DNA of 64,000 nt. It comes from Escherichia coli (lineage in GTDB: Bacteria; Pseudomonadota; Gammaproteobacteria; Enterobacterales; Enterobacteriaceae). The position numbers were made by a program, and so were the translations under genes. The DNA is taken from NCBI RefSeq assembly GCF_003018115.1, contig NZ_CP027457.1; one strand, written 5' to 3'. Below are positions 31,451 through 47,196 of the stretch, one piece after another. The notes beneath the pieces were generated by a model. The model had not been told where the DNA came from, made no database searches, and worked only from the letters and a program-made list of their open reading frames with translations. How positions within the stretch are numbered: the stretch's first letter is position 1; every line of letters begins with the position of its first letter.

Positions 31451-32857
31451 ATGTCAAAGCAACAGATTGGCGTAGTCGGTATGGCAGTGATGGGGCGCAA
31501 CCTTGCGCTCAACATCGAAAGCCGTGGTTATACCGTCTCTATTTTCAACCGTTCCCGTGAAAAGACGGAAGAAGTTATTGCCGAAAATCCAGGCAAGAAA
31601 CTGGTTCCTTACTATACGGTGAAAGAGTTTGTTGAATCTCTGGAAACGCCTCGTCGCATCCTGTTAATGGTGAAAGCAGGTGCAGGCACGGATGCTGCTA
31701 TTGATTCCCTCAAGCCATACCTCGATAAAGGTGACATCATCATTGATGGTGGTAACACCTTCTTCCAGGACACCATTCGTCGTAACCGTGAGCTTTCTGC
31801 AGAAGGCTTTAACTTTATCGGTACCGGTGTCTCCGGCGGTGAAGAAGGTGCGCTGAAAGGTCCTTCCATTATGCCTGGTGGGCAGAAAGAAGCCTATGAA
31901 CTGGTTGCTCCGATCCTGACCAAAATCGCCGCAGTGGCTGAAGACGGCGAGCCATGCGTTACCTATATTGGTGCCGATGGTGCAGGTCACTATGTGAAGA
32001 TGGTTCACAACGGTATTGAATACGGCGATATGCAGCTGATTGCTGAAGCCTATTCTCTGCTTAAAGGTGGCCTGAATCTTTCCAACGAAGAACTGGCACA
32101 GACCTTTACCGAATGGAATAACGGTGAACTGAGCAGCTACCTGATCGACATCACCAAAGATATCTTCACCAAAAAAGATGAAGACGGTAACTACCTGGTT
32201 GATGTGATTCTGGATGAAGCAGCAAACAAAGGTACGGGCAAATGGACCAGCCAGAGTGCGCTGGATCTCGGCGAACCGCTGTCGCTGATTACCGAGTCTG
32301 TGTTTGCACGTTATATCTCTTCTCTGAAAGATCAGCGCGTTGCCGCGTCTAAAGTTCTCACTGGCCCGAAAGCGCAGCCAGCAGGCGATAAGGCTGAGTT
32401 CATCGAAAAAGTTCGTCGTGCGCTGTATCTGGGCAAAATCGTTTCTTACGCCCAGGGCTTCTCTCAGCTACGCGCAGCGTCTGAAGAGTACAACTGGGAT
32501 CTGAACTATGGCGAAATCGCGAAGATTTTCCGTGCTGGCTGCATCATCCGTGCGCAGTTCCTGCAGAAAATCACCGATGCCTATGCCGAAAATCCGCAAA
32601 TCGCTAACCTGCTGCTGGCTCCGTACTTTAAGCAAATTGCCGATGACTACCAGCAGGCGCTGCGTGATGTCGTTGCTTATGCGGTACAGAACGGTATCCC
32701 GGTTCCGACCTTCTCTGCGGCAGTTGCCTATTATGACAGCTACCGTTCCGCTGTTCTGCCTGCGAACCTGATCCAGGCACAACGTGACTATTTCGGTGCG
32801 CATACTTATAAGCGCATTGATAAAGAAGGTGTGTTCCATACCGAATGGCTGGATTAA
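31451..32857 (+). CDS. gnd: 6-phosphogluconate dehydrogenase (decarboxylating)
   Basis: 468 aa; [22 protein letters not shown]-terminus; marks the downstream border of the O-antigen locus. Confidence 0.95.
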   Translation: MSKQQIGVVGMAVMGRNLALNIESRGYTVSIFNRSREKTEEVIAENPGKKLVPYYTVKEFVESLETPRRILLMVKAGAGTDAAIDSLKPYLDKGDIIIDGGNTFFQDTIRRNRELSAEGFNFIGTGVSGGEEGALKGPSIMPGGQKEAYELVAPILTKIAAVAEDGEPCVTYIGADGAGHYVKMVHNGIEYGDMQLIAEAYSLLKGGLNLSNEELAQTFTEWNNGELSSYLIDITKDIFTKKDEDGNYLVDVILDEAANKGTGKWTSQSALDLGEPLSLITESVFARYISSLKDQRVAASKVLTGPKAQPAGDKAEFIEKVRRALYLGKIVSYAQGFSQLRAASEEYNWDLNYGEIAKIFRAGCIIRAQFLQKITDAYAENPQIANLLLAPYFKQIADDYQQALRDVVAYAVQNGIPVPTFSAAVAYYDSYRSAVLPANLIQAQRDYFGAHTYKRIDKEGVFHTEWLD

Positions 32858-32886
32858 TCTGATTTAAATCAATTAATCAATGCAAG

Positions 32887-32913
32887 GCCCGGAGGAACCC
32901 TCCGGGCTTTTTT
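32887..32913 (+). terminator. Rho-independent terminator after gnd
   Basis: gcccggagg aac cctccgggc followed by a T6 run. Confidence 0.75.
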
Positions 32914-33105
32914 ATTATACAAAGCGGCAGGTTATGGCCTTTTTTTATAATTTATGGTTAAAAAAGCGATATAATACAGAGTCGCACAGCAGGATCGCTG
33001 CCTTGACAGTTCATCCGCATCGGCGTTAAAAATCCCGCAGTAGATGAAGATGTGGTGGTGGATTAATGACCACTCTAAATGTTTAACCGGAAGAAGTCAG
33101 AGCTA

Positions 33106-34272
33106 ATGAAAATAACAATTTCAGGAACAGGTTATGTTGGTCTTTCAAATGGTATTCTGATTGCGCAAAATCACGAAGTAGTTGCATTGGATATCGTTCA
33201 GGCCAAAGTTGACATGCTTAACAAGAAGCAGTCACCGATTGTTGATAAGGAGATTGAAGAGTATCTGGCGACTAAAGATCTCAATTTCCGCGCTACGACA
33301 GATAAGTATGACGCGTATAAAAATGCCGATTACGTTATTATTGCCACGCCTACCGATTATGACCCGAAAACAAATTATTTTAATACCTCAAGCGTGGAAG
33401 CGGTCATCCGTGATGTGACAGAAATTAATCCCAACGCGGTAATGGTGATTAAATCTACAATTCCGGTAGGTTTCACCAAATCAATTAAAGAACGTCTGGG
33501 TATCGATAACCTTATTTTCTCTCCGGAATTTCTCCGTGAAGGTAAAGCCCTTTACGATAATCTCCATCCTTCACGTATTGTCATTGGTGAGCGTTCAGAA
33601 CGCGCAGAACGTTTTGCTGCGTTGTTACAGGAAGGAGCGATTAAGCAAAATATCCCGACCCTGTTTACCGACTCCACTGAAGCAGAAGCGATTAAACTTT
33701 TTGCAAACACCTACCTGGCGATGCGCGTGGCGTACTTTAACGAACTGGATAGCTACGCAGAAAGTTTAGGTCTGAATTCCCGTCAAATAATCGAAGGCGT
33801 TTGTCTCGACCCACGAATTGGCAACCATTACAACAATCCGTCGTTTGGTTATGGTGGTTATTGTCTGCCGAAAGATACCAAGCAGTTACTGGCGAACTAC
33901 CAGTCTGTGCCGAATAACCTGATTTCGGCAATTGTCGATGCTAACCGCACGCGTAAAGACTTTATTGCCGATGCCATTTTGTCACGCAAACCGCAAGTGG
34001 TGGGTATTTATCGTCTGATTATGAAGAGCGGGTCAGATAACTTCCGTGCGTCTTCCATTCAGGGGATTATGAAACGTATCAAGGCGAAAGGCGTTGAAGT
34101 GATCATATACGAGCCGGTGATGAAAGAAGACTCATTCTTCAACTCTCGCCTGGAACGAGATCTCGCCACCTTCAAACAACAAGCCGACGTCATTATTTCC
34201 AACCGTATGGCAGAAGAGCTTAAGGATGTGGCAGACAAAGTCTACACCCGCGATCTCTTTGGCAGTGACTAA
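33106..34272 (+). CDS. ugd: UDP-glucose 6-dehydrogenase
   Basis: ORF 33079..34272 trimmed to [16 protein letters not shown] (388 aa). Confidence 0.95.
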   Translation: MKITISGTGYVGLSNGILIAQNHEVVALDIVQAKVDMLNKKQSPIVDKEIEEYLATKDLNFRATTDKYDAYKNADYVIIATPTDYDPKTNYFNTSSVEAVIRDVTEINPNAVMVIKSTIPVGFTKSIKERLGIDNLIFSPEFLREGKALYDNLHPSRIVIGERSERAERFAALLQEGAIKQNIPTLFTDSTEAEAIKLFANTYLAMRVAYFNELDSYAESLGLNSRQIIEGVCLDPRIGNHYNNPSFGYGGYCLPKDTKQLLANYQSVPNNLISAIVDANRTRKDFIADAILSRKPQVVGIYRLIMKSGSDNFRASSIQGIMKRIKAKGVEVIIYEPVMKEDSFFNSRLERDLATFKQQADVIISNRMAEELKDVADKVYTRDLFGSD

Positions 34273-34418
34273 CATCCTGTTATCAGGGCGATTTTCGCCC
34301 TGATTCTCTTATGTTCCCTTTGTAATAATTCATTCTTTTTATCATTTATCCTATAGCATTCATGGCGATTATCGCTAAACTATGGCGACTTAAAATTATT
34401 TCGTCCGTTAGGGTAATG

Positions 34419-35399
34419 ATGAGAGTAGAAAATAATAATGTTTCTGGGCAAAACCATGACCCGGAACAGATTGATTTGATTGATTTACTGGTGCAGTTGT
34501 GGCGCGGCAAGATGACTATCATCATTTCTGTCATTGTGGCTATTGCCCTGGCTATAGGGTATCTGGCCGTTGCCAAAGAAAAGTGGACTTCCACAGCTAT
34601 TGTTACTCAACCTGATGTGGGGCAAATCGCTGGTTATACCAACGCGATGAATGTGATTTACGGTCCGGCTGTACCGAAAGTCTCCGACATTCAGGCTTCA
34701 CTTATTGGACGTTACAGCACTGCATTCTCAGCATTAGCGGAAACGCTGGATAACCAGGATGAAGCAGAAAAGCTGACCATTGAGCCTACCGTCAAAAATC
34801 AGTCATTACCTTTAGCGGTGTCTTATGTTGGTGAAACACCTGAAGGTGCGCAGAAGCAGCTGGCGAAGTATATCCAGCAAGTTGACGACCAGGTAAATGT
34901 AGAGCTGGAAAAAGACTTGAAAGACAATATCGCGCTGCGTATGAAAAACTTGCAGGACTCTTTAAGAACTCAGGAAGTAGTCGCGCAAGAGCAGAAAGAT
35001 CTGCGTATCCGTCAGATTCAGGAAGCGTTGCAGTATGCGAATCAGGCGCAGGTGACAAAACCGCAAATTCAACAGACTGGCGAAGATATCACGCAAGATA
35101 CGTTGTTCCTTTTGGGGAGCGAAGCGCTGGAGTCGATGATTAAGCATGAGGCGACCCGTCCGTTGGTGTTCTCACCAAACTACTATCAGACTCGTCAAAA
35201 CCTGCTGGATATCGAAAGCTTAAAAGTTGATGATCTTGATATTCATGCTTACCGTTATGTGATGAAACCGACGTTACCTATTCGTCGCGATAGTCCGAAA
35301 AAGGCAATTACATTGATTCTGGCAGTGCTGCTGGGCGGCATGGTTGGCGCGGGGATTGTGCTGGGGCGTAATGCTCTACGCAATTACAACGCGAAGTAA
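34419..35399 (+). CDS. wzzB: O-antigen chain-length determinant (polysaccharide co-polymerase)
   Basis: ORF 34362..35399 trimmed to MRVENNNVSGQNHD (326 aa); TM segments at both ends. Confidence 0.9.
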   Translation: MRVENNNVSGQNHDPEQIDLIDLLVQLWRGKMTIIISVIVAIALAIGYLAVAKEKWTSTAIVTQPDVGQIAGYTNAMNVIYGPAVPKVSDIQASLIGRYSTAFSALAETLDNQDEAEKLTIEPTVKNQSLPLAVSYVGETPEGAQKQLAKYIQQVDDQVNVELEKDLKDNIALRMKNLQDSLRTQEVVAQEQKDLRIRQIQEALQYANQAQVTKPQIQQTGEDITQDTLFLLGSEALESMIKHEATRPLVFSPNYYQTRQNLLDIESLKVDDLDIHAYRYVMKPTLPIRRDSPKKAITLILAVLLGGMVGAGIVLGRNALRNYNAK

Positions 35400-35421
35400 T
35401 CTTTTCGGTTTTAAAGAAAAA

Positions 35422-35454
35422 GGGCAGGGTGGTGACACCTTGCCCGTTTTTTTT
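35422..35454. terminator. Hairpin between convergent wzzB and hisI, probably a bidirectional terminator
   Basis: gggcagggtg gtgac accttgccc followed by a T8 run on the plus strand. Confidence 0.6.
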
Positions 35455-35495
35455 GCCGGATGCGACAACAACATCGCATCCGCTTACCCCGCAAC

Positions 35496-36100
35496 TCACT
35501 GATGCCGTTTACGCAGGTTCTCAATCACCGTCGTTAAATCCAGATCCTGATCCTGCAACAACACCAGCAGGTGATACATCAAGTCAGATGCCTCGTTGGT
35601 CAGCTCAAAGCGGTCATGTACCGTTGCTGCCAGCGCAGTTTCCACCCCTTCTTCCCCCACTTTCTGCGCAATGCGCTTGGTGCCGCTGGCATACAGTTTG
35701 GCGGTATAGGAGGTTTCCGGGTCGGCAGATTTGCGCTCGGCGAGCAGTTGTTCCAGTTGATACAGGAACAGCCACTGGTGAGCGGTGTTGCCGAAGCAGC
35801 TGCTGGTGCCTTTGTGGCAGGTCGGGCCGATGGGATTCGCCAGCACTAATAAAGTGTCGTTGTCGCAGTCCGGCGCAATACTCACTACGTTGAGGAAATT
35901 GCCCGACGTTTCGCCTTTGGTCCACAGTCGCTGTTTAGTGCGCGAGAAGAAGGTGACTTTGCCGCTTTCGATGGTTTTGTCTAAGGCTTCCGGGTTCATA
36001 TAGCCCAGCATTAACACTTCGCCGGATACAGCGTGTTGCACAATCACCGGCATCAGTCCGTCGGTTTTTTCCCAGTCCAGTTCGCGACGTTGTTGTTCTG

Positions 36101-36107
<7 letters not shown>
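35496..36107 (-). CDS. hisI: Bifunctional phosphoribosyl-AMP cyclohydrolase / phosphoribosyl-ATP pyrophosphatase
   Basis: 203 aa; last gene of the his operon. Confidence 0.95.
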
Positions 36108-38185
<2,078 letters not shown>

Positions 38186-38186
<1 letters not shown>

Positions 38187-39252
38187 TACAGCACTCCTTT
38201 CGACGAGGGCAGGGTGTCGCCTTCCACGCGGATGGCCTGGCGCAGGGTGCGACCAAAGGCTTTGAACAGGCTCTCTACACGGTGGTGATCGTTTTTACCT
38301 TTGGTTTTCAGGTGTAGCGTCACGCCCATGGTGTAAGAGAGCGAACGGAAGAAGTGCTCGATCATTTCAGTGCTGAGATCGCCCACGCGCTGGTAGGTAA
38401 ATTCAGCTTTATATTCCAGGTGCGGGCGACCAGAGATATCCAGTGCACAGCGGGCAAGGCATTCGTCCATCGGCAGCACAAAACCAAAGCGGCAAATACC
38501 GCGTTTGTCGCCAAGAGCAATTTTTAATGCTTCGCCCAGCGCCAGGCCGGTATCTTCGACGGTGTGGTGATCGTCGATATAGAGGTCGCCTTTAACGTTG
38601 ATTTCCATCCGGAAACCGCCGTGGGTGGCGATCTGATCCAGCATGTGATCAAAGAATCCAACGCCGGTATTAATCTTGCTGCCACCTTCACGATCCAGCC
38701 ACACCTGGACGTCAATTTGCGTCTCTTTGGTGTTGCGCACTACATGGGCGTAACGGTCTCGTTTAGTGAGTTGCTCGCCAATCATTGGCCAGTTCAGGGT
38801 TTCGCGGTCGTAGCGTAAACCATTAATACCCATGTTTTCAGCCAGTTGAATATCGGTCGCGCGATCGCCAATCACATAACTGTTGGCGCGATCCATCGCT
38901 TGCTCAGCGAGATAACGCTCCACCAGTTTTACTTTCGGCTTACGGCAGTCGCACTCATCGGCGGGCAGGTGCGGACAAATCAGCACTTCATCAAACTGCA
39001 CGCCTTGTGAGGTGAAGATCTGCATCATCAGGTTGTGTGGGCCATCGAAATCCGCCTGCGGGAAACTTTGTGTTCCCAGACCATCCTGATTAGTGATCAT
39101 CACCGGCTTGTAGCCCGCTTTTTGCAGCTTCAGCAGCTCCGGGATCACGCCAGGTTCAAAGGCGAGTTTGTCAAAACGGTCCACCTGAAAATCACTCGGC
39201 GGTTCGCTAATCAGGGTTCCATCGCGATCGATAAAAAGATACTTCTGACTCA

Positions 39253-39253
<1 letters not shown>
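38186..39253 (-). CDS. hisB: Bifunctional histidinol-phosphatase / imidazoleglycerol-phosphate dehydratase
   Basis: 355 aa; [17 protein letters not shown] motif at the N-terminus. Confidence 0.95.
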
Positions 39254-41624
<2,371 letters not shown>

Positions 41625-41629
41625 GGCGA

Positions 41630-42529
41630 TCACTCCATCATTTTCTCAATCGGCAGGACCAGGATTGAACTGGCTCCCAGCGCTTTCAGTTTTTCCATCG
41701 TTTCCCAGAACAGGGTTTCGCTACTCACCATGTGCATCGCTACGCGCTGTTGATCACCTGCCAGCGGCAGAATAGTTGGGCGTTCGGCACCTGGCAGCAG
41801 GGCGATGACTTCATCCAGACGTTCAGTCGGTGCGTGCATCATGATGTATTTTGATTCGCGCGCCTGGATCACGCCCTGAATACGGGTCAGCAGCTTGTCG
41901 ATCAGTTGCTGTTTAGATTCTTCCATTTCGCCATCGCGCTGGATCAGGCAGGCTTTCGAGCGGTAGATAACTTCGACTTCGCGCAGGCCGTTAGCTTCCA
42001 GCGTGGCACCGGTGGAAACCAGATCGCAAATCGCATCCGCCAGTCCGGCGCGCGGGGCGACTTCAACAGAACCGTTCAGTAAGCAGGATTTAAAAGAGAT
42101 GCCTTTCTGGTCGAGATAACGCTTGAGCAGGTGAGGATAAGAGGTGGCGATACGTTTACCGTTTAAGGAGAGCGGACCGTCCCAGGCTTCATCAACCGGC
42201 GTTGCCAGCGAAAGGCGGCAGCCGCCGAAATCCAGTCGACGCAGGGTAAAGTAGCGCGGATCTTCACCCTGGGCTCGGCGGTTAAGCAGCTCTTCTTCCA
42301 GCACGTTTTCGCCGATAATCCCAAGGTCTACCACGCCGTCCATTACCAGACCGGGAATGTCGTCGTCACGCACGCGCAGAATATCAATCGGCATGTTTTC
42401 TGCCATCGCGATCAGGCGCTGGGTGTGAAGATTGATTTTAATGCCACAGCGCGCCAGCAATTCGCGTGAGTCATCACTTAAACGGCCGGATTTCTGCATA
42501 GCTATGCGTAAACGAGTGTTGTCTGTCAT
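41630..42529 (-). CDS. hisG: ATP phosphoribosyltransferase
   Basis: ORF 41630..42568 trimmed to [15 protein letters not shown] (299 aa). Confidence 0.95.
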
Positions 42530-42577
42530 TTTCTTATTCCTCTTTAAACCTGTCTGAACCGTTATCAACCGCGCAAT

Positions 42578-42610
42578 AAAAAAGCCCCCGGAAGGTGATC
42601 TTCCGGGGGC
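42578..42610 (-). terminator. his attenuator terminator hairpin
   Basis: Minus strand reads gcccccggaag atcac cttccgggggc followed by a U-run, between hisL and hisG. Confidence 0.85.
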
Positions 42611-42674
42611 TTTCTCATGCGTTCATGCACCACTGGAAGATCTGAATGTCTTCCAGCACACATCGCCTGAAAGA

Positions 42675-42725
42675 CTAGTCAGGATGATGGTGATGATGGT
42701 GGTGTTTAAATTGAACGCGTGTCAT
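42675..42725 (-). CDS. hisL: his operon leader peptide, 16 aa with seven consecutive His codons
   Basis: Minus strand atg aca cgc gtt caa ttt aaa cac cac cat cat cac cat cat cct gac tag = MTRVQFKHHHHHHHPD. Confidence 0.95.
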   Translation of the reverse strand: MTRVQFKHHHHHHHPD

Positions 42726-42764
42726 AAAAGTCTCTGTGAATGTTTATTCAACTGATGTCTTTTA

Positions 42765-42793
42765 ACCTAAACCACTTTCACGTTAGAAAGCAA
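42765..42793 (-). promoter_or_regulatory. Candidate his promoter (TTGCTT -35, 17 bp spacer, TTAGGT -10)
   Basis: Hexamers read on the minus strand upstream of hisL; exact -10 assignment uncertain. Confidence 0.45.
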
Positions 42794-42975
42794 GGGCTTT
42801 TTTATATATTTTATGGCGATGGATTTGTTTAATGAATGAGCGGGGAAAGGAGGGGGCTAAGAGGAGTGTCCCCTAACCTGACGGCACCCAAAATAGCGAA
42901 ACCTGGATTTTTCGTCTCACTGACAATGTCTTGATCTACAGACTAATTAATAAATAGTTAATTAACGCCTATCAT

Positions 42976-42993
42976 TGTACAATGAACTGTACA
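42976..42993 (+). promoter_or_regulatory. Tandem TGTACA palindromes, candidate YefM-YoeB operator
   Basis: tgtacaatgaactgtaca sits 15 bp upstream of the yefM start codon. Confidence 0.7.
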
Positions 42994-43008
42994 AAAGAGG
43001 AGATTGAA

Positions 43009-43260
43009 ATGCGTACAATTAGCTACAGCGAAGCGCGCCAGAATTTGTCGGCAACAATGATGAAAGCCGTTGAAGATCATGCCCCGATCCTTATTACTCG
43101 TCAGAATGGAGAGGCTTGTGTTCTGATGTCACTCGAAGAATACAACTCGCTGGAAGAGACGGCTTATCTACTGCGCTCCCCCGCTAACGCCCGGAGATTG
43201 ATGGACTCAATCGATAGCCTGAAATCAGGCAAAGGAACGGAAAAGGACATTATTGAGTGA
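43009..43260 (+). CDS. yefM: Antitoxin YefM (Phd/YefM family)
   Basis: ORF 42982..43260 trimmed to [14 protein letters not shown] (83 aa). Confidence 0.9.
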
Positions 43261-43511
43261 AACTAATCTGGTCTGAGGAGTCATGGGATGATTATCTGTA
43301 CTGGCAGGAAACAGATAAGCGAATTGTTAAAAAGATCATTGAACTTATCAAAGATACCCGCAGAACACCATTTGAAGGTAAGGGGAAGCCAGAACCCCTG
43401 AAGCATAATTTGTCAGGCTTCTGGTCCCGACGCATTACAGAGGAGCACCGTCTGGTATACGCGGTTACCGACGATTCACTGCTCATTGCAGCATGTCGTT
43501 ATCATTATTGA
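43257..43511 (+). CDS. yoeB: Toxin YoeB, ribosome-dependent mRNA interferase (RelE/ParE superfamily)
   Basis: 84 aa; ATGA overlap with yefM. Confidence 0.9.
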
Positions 43512-43593
43512 ACAGATTCATTCATAGAATGAATTGTCAGTTTTGATACGCTAGCGTAGCCTTATAGATCTAAGGTGTATCAGGAGATAACGG

Positions 43594-44418
43594 ATGAAAA
43601 AGGTCGCAATTGTCGGGTTAGGGTGGTTAGGCATGCCGCTGGCGATGTCACTTTCAGCGCGAGGCTGGCAAGTCACCGGGAGTAAAACCACACAAGATGG
43701 TGTCGAAGCGGCCCGAATGAGTGGCATTGATAGCTATCTGCTTCGCATGGAGCCTGAGTTAGTTTGCGATTCTGACGATCTGGATGCCCTGATGGATGCC
43801 GATGCGCTGGTCATTACGCTTCCGGCACGTCGTAGCGGCCCCGGCGATGAGTTCTATTTACAAGCGGTACAAGAGTTAGTGGATAGCGCGCTGGCCCATC
43901 GTATTCCCCGAATTATTTTTACCAGCTCGACGTCTGTCTATGGCGACGCGCAAGGCACGGTCAAAGAAACTACCCCGCGTAATCCGGTAACCAACAGTGG
44001 ACGAGTATTAGAAGAACTCGAAGACTGGCTGCACAATTTACCTGGTACTTCGGTCGATATTCTGCGTCTTGCGGGTCTTGTCGGACCGGGACGTCATCCC
44101 GGACGCTTCTTTGCCGGAAAAACCGCGCCTGATGGTGAACATGGTGTTAATTTAGTCCATTTAGAAGATGTTATTGGCGCTATCACTCTGTTGTTACAGG
44201 CACCTAAAGGCGGACACATCTATAATATATGTGCGCCAGCTCACCCTGCGCGTAATGTTTTCTATCCGCAGATGGCCCGTTTACTGGGGCTGGAGCCTCC
44301 GCAGTTCAGAAATAGTCTGGACAGCGGCAAAGGTAAGATTATTGATGGCAGTCGGATTTGTAATGAACTGGGATTTGAATACCAGTATCCCGATCCGCTG
44401 GTAATGCCGCTGGAGTAA
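43594..44418 (+). CDS. yeeZ: NAD-dependent epimerase/dehydratase family protein
   Basis: 274 aa; N-terminal Rossmann motif KVAIVGLGWLG. Confidence 0.8.
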   Translation: MKKVAIVGLGWLGMPLAMSLSARGWQVTGSKTTQDGVEAARMSGIDSYLLRMEPELVCDSDDLDALMDADALVITLPARRSGPGDEFYLQAVQELVDSALAHRIPRIIFTSSTSVYGDAQGTVKETTPRNPVTNSGRVLEELEDWLHNLPGTSVDILRLAGLVGPGRHPGRFFAGKTAPDGEHGVNLVHLEDVIGAITLLLQAPKGGHIYNICAPAHPARNVFYPQMARLLGLEPPQFRNSLDSGKGKIIDGSRICNELGFEYQYPDPLVMPLE

Positions 44419-44463
44419 ACGACCACGCCAGCAGGACGCCGCATGCACTGCAAGGGGGCGTGT

Positions 44464-45393
44464 ATGAAACCACTGCTGGATGTGTTGATGATCCTCGATG
44501 CCTTAGAAAAAGAAGGCAGTTTTGCGGCGGCGTCGGCCAAACTCTATAAGACGCCGTCCGCTCTGAGTTACACCGTTCACAAGCTGGAAAGCGACCTTAA
44601 TATTCAATTGCTTGATCGTAGCGGTCACCGCGCTAAATTCACCCGTACCGGAAAAATGTTATTAGAGAAAGGGCGGGAAGTTCTGCATACCGTGCGAGAA
44701 CTGGAAAAGCAGGCGATCAAACTGCATGAAGGCTGGGAAAACGAGCTGGTGATTGGCGTGGACGACACGTTTCCTTTTTCTCTGCTTGCGCCACTGATTG
44801 AAGCTTTTTATCAACATCATAGCGTGACGCGCCTGAAGTTTATCAATGGCGTACTCGGTGGTTCCTGGGATGCCCTGACTCAGGGGCGAGCGGATATTAT
44901 TGTTGGCGCGATGCATGAGCCACCATCTTCCAGTGAGTTTGGTTTCTCGCGGTTGGGCGATCTGGAACAAGTCTTTGCGGTCGCGCCTCATCATCCGCTA
45001 GCCCAGGAAGAAGAGCCGTTAAACCGTCGTATCATTAAGCGATATCGGGCGATTGTGGTGGGAGACACTGCGCAGGCAGGCGCTTCTACGGCCTCACAAC
45101 TTCTCGACGAACAAGAAGCCATTACCGTTTTCGATTTTAAAACCAAGCTGGAGCTGCAAATTAGCGGCCTCGGCTGCGGCTATTTACCCCGTTATCTGGC
45201 GCAACGTTTTCTCGATAGTGGCGCGTTAATCGAGAAGAAAGTGGTCGCCCAAACTCTCTTTGAACCCGTCTGGATTGGCTGGAATGAACAGACCGCAGGG
45301 CTTGCCAGCGGCTGGTGGCGGGATGAAATTTTAGCAAATAGTGCGATCGCCGGTGTTTATGCAAAATCTGATGACGGAAAATCAGCCATTTAA
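44464..45393 (+). CDS. yeeY: LysR-family transcriptional regulator
   Basis: ORF 44443..45393 trimmed to MKPLLDV (309 aa); HTH at the N-terminus. Confidence 0.8.
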   Translation: MKPLLDVLMILDALEKEGSFAAASAKLYKTPSALSYTVHKLESDLNIQLLDRSGHRAKFTRTGKMLLEKGREVLHTVRELEKQAIKLHEGWENELVIGVDDTFPFSLLAPLIEAFYQHHSVTRLKFINGVLGGSWDALTQGRADIIVGAMHEPPSSSEFGFSRLGDLEQVFAVAPHHPLAQEEEPLNRRIIKRYRAIVVGDTAQAGASTASQLLDEQEAITVFDFKTKLELQISGLGCGYLPRYLAQRFLDSGALIEKKVVAQTLFEPVWIGWNEQTAGLASGWWRDEILANSAIAGVYAKSDDGKSAI

Positions 45394-45659
45394 AGAAAAA
45401 TTATTATGACAAGCCTCTCATTCTCTTGTCATTTCCCCCCCATTTAGGCACAATGCGCCGCTGTCAAAAAATGACTAAAAACCGACGTTTCATCAGCGTC
45501 GGTTATTTTTTGCTTCAAACCAATCATTCATACCAAGAGGCCGGGCTTCGTACCGGATAGATATTTACTAAAAATCGACAGTTGTTGTCGCTGAGGAATC
45601 CAAAAAAATGGGGCAATTTTTTGCTTACGCGACGGTTATCACCGTAAAGGAGAATGACC

Positions 45660-47018
45660 ATGTCGCATAACGTTACTCCAAACACCTCTCGCGTGGAATT
45701 GCGTAAAACGCTTACGTTAGTTCCGGTTGTAATGATGGGTCTTGCCTATATGCAGCCGATGACGCTGTTTGATACTTTTGGTATCGTTTCAGGCCTCACG
45801 GATGGTCATGTGCCGACAGCCTATGCGTTCGCATTGATTGCGATCCTGTTTACGGCTCTGAGCTACGGGAAGCTGGTTCGCCGCTATCCTTCTGCTGGCT
45901 CTGCATACACTTACGCCCAGAAATCCATTAGCCCGACTGTCGGCTTTATGGTGGGTTGGTCTTCTCTGCTCGACTATCTGTTCGCGCCGATGATCAACAT
46001 TCTGCTGGCGAAAATCTATTTTGAAGCTCTGGTGCCTTCCATCCCATCGTGGATGTTTGTGGTGGCGCTGGTGGCCTTTATGACCGCCTTTAACCTGCGT
46101 AGTCTGAAATCCGTAGCGAACTTCAACACTGTAATCGTCGTGTTGCAGGTAGTGCTGATCGCGGTGATTCTGGGCATGGTTGTTTATGGCGTATTTGAAG
46201 GTGAAGGCGCTGGTACGCTGGCGAGCACTCGTCCGTTCTGGTCTGGCGATGCGCATGTTATCCCGATGATTACCGGGGCGACAATCCTGTGCTTCTCCTT
46301 TACCGGCTTTGACGGCATCAGCAACCTGTCGGAAGAAACCAAAGATGCAGAGCGCGTTATCCCGCGTGCGATTTTCCTGACCGCGCTGATTGGCGGCATG
46401 ATCTTCATCTTTGCAACTTACTTCCTGCAGCTGTACTTCCCGGATATCTCTCGCTTTAAAGATCCGGATGCGTCACAGCCTGAAATCATGCTGTATGTTG
46501 CGGGTAAAGCGTTCCAGGTTGGCGCGCTGATCTTCTCCACCATTACCGTACTGGCGTCTGGTATGGCGGCGCACGCAGGCGTAGCGCGTCTGATGTACGT
46601 AATGGGTCGTGACGGCGTATTCCCGAAAAGCTTCTTCGGTTATGTACACCCGAAATGGCGTACTCCGGCGATGAACATCATCCTGGTTGGCGCGATTGCC
46701 CTGCTGGCAATCAACTTCGACCTGGTAATGGCTACAGCGCTGATTAACTTTGGTGCGTTGGTGGCGTTCACCTTCGTTAACCTGTCGGTCATCTCGCAGT
46801 TCTGGATCCGTGAGAAGCGTAATAAGACGCTGAAAGATCACTTCCAGTATCTGTTCCTGCCGATGTGTGGTGCGCTGACTGTTGGTGCGCTGTGGGTTAA
46901 CCTGGAAGAAAGCTCAATGGTTCTGGGTCTGATCTGGGCTGCTATCGGTCTGATTTACCTGGCTTGCGTCACCAAGAGCTTCCGTAACCCGGTTCCGCAG
47001 TACGAAGACGTAGCATAA
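45660..47018 (+). CDS. plaP: Putrescine importer (APC family amino acid/polyamine permease)
   Basis: 452 aa from MSHNVTPN; polytopic membrane protein. Confidence 0.85.
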   Translation: MSHNVTPNTSRVELRKTLTLVPVVMMGLAYMQPMTLFDTFGIVSGLTDGHVPTAYAFALIAILFTALSYGKLVRRYPSAGSAYTYAQKSISPTVGFMVGWSSLLDYLFAPMINILLAKIYFEALVPSIPSWMFVVALVAFMTAFNLRSLKSVANFNTVIVVLQVVLIAVILGMVVYGVFEGEGAGTLASTRPFWSGDAHVIPMITGATILCFSFTGFDGISNLSEETKDAERVIPRAIFLTALIGGMIFIFATYFLQLYFPDISRFKDPDASQPEIMLYVAGKAFQVGALIFSTITVLASGMAAHAGVARLMYVMGRDGVFPKSFFGYVHPKWRTPAMNIILVGAIALLAINFDLVMATALINFGALVAFTFVNLSVISQFWIREKRNKTLKDHFQYLFLPMCGALTVGALWVNLEESSMVLGLIWAAIGLIYLACVTKSFRNPVPQYEDVA

Positions 47019-47196
47019 TCATCTTTTCTAATAATTAACCGGAGTCGAATGAACATTTGGCTCCGGTTTTTTTATTCTTTTTTATCGAAATCCTCATTAA
47101 TAACCATTTGTTCTAATTTAGAGAATTTGGTTATTGGTCTGCATTCCACCAGTCATGAATAATTTCCCCATTAACATTCATCTGGTTAATTAATTT

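Noticed and set aside
47038-47074. Putative terminator after plaP (accggag ... ctccggt followed by a T-run)
   Set aside because: The stem is only 7 bp with a 16 nt loop; plausible but too weak to list as a feature without folding energy.
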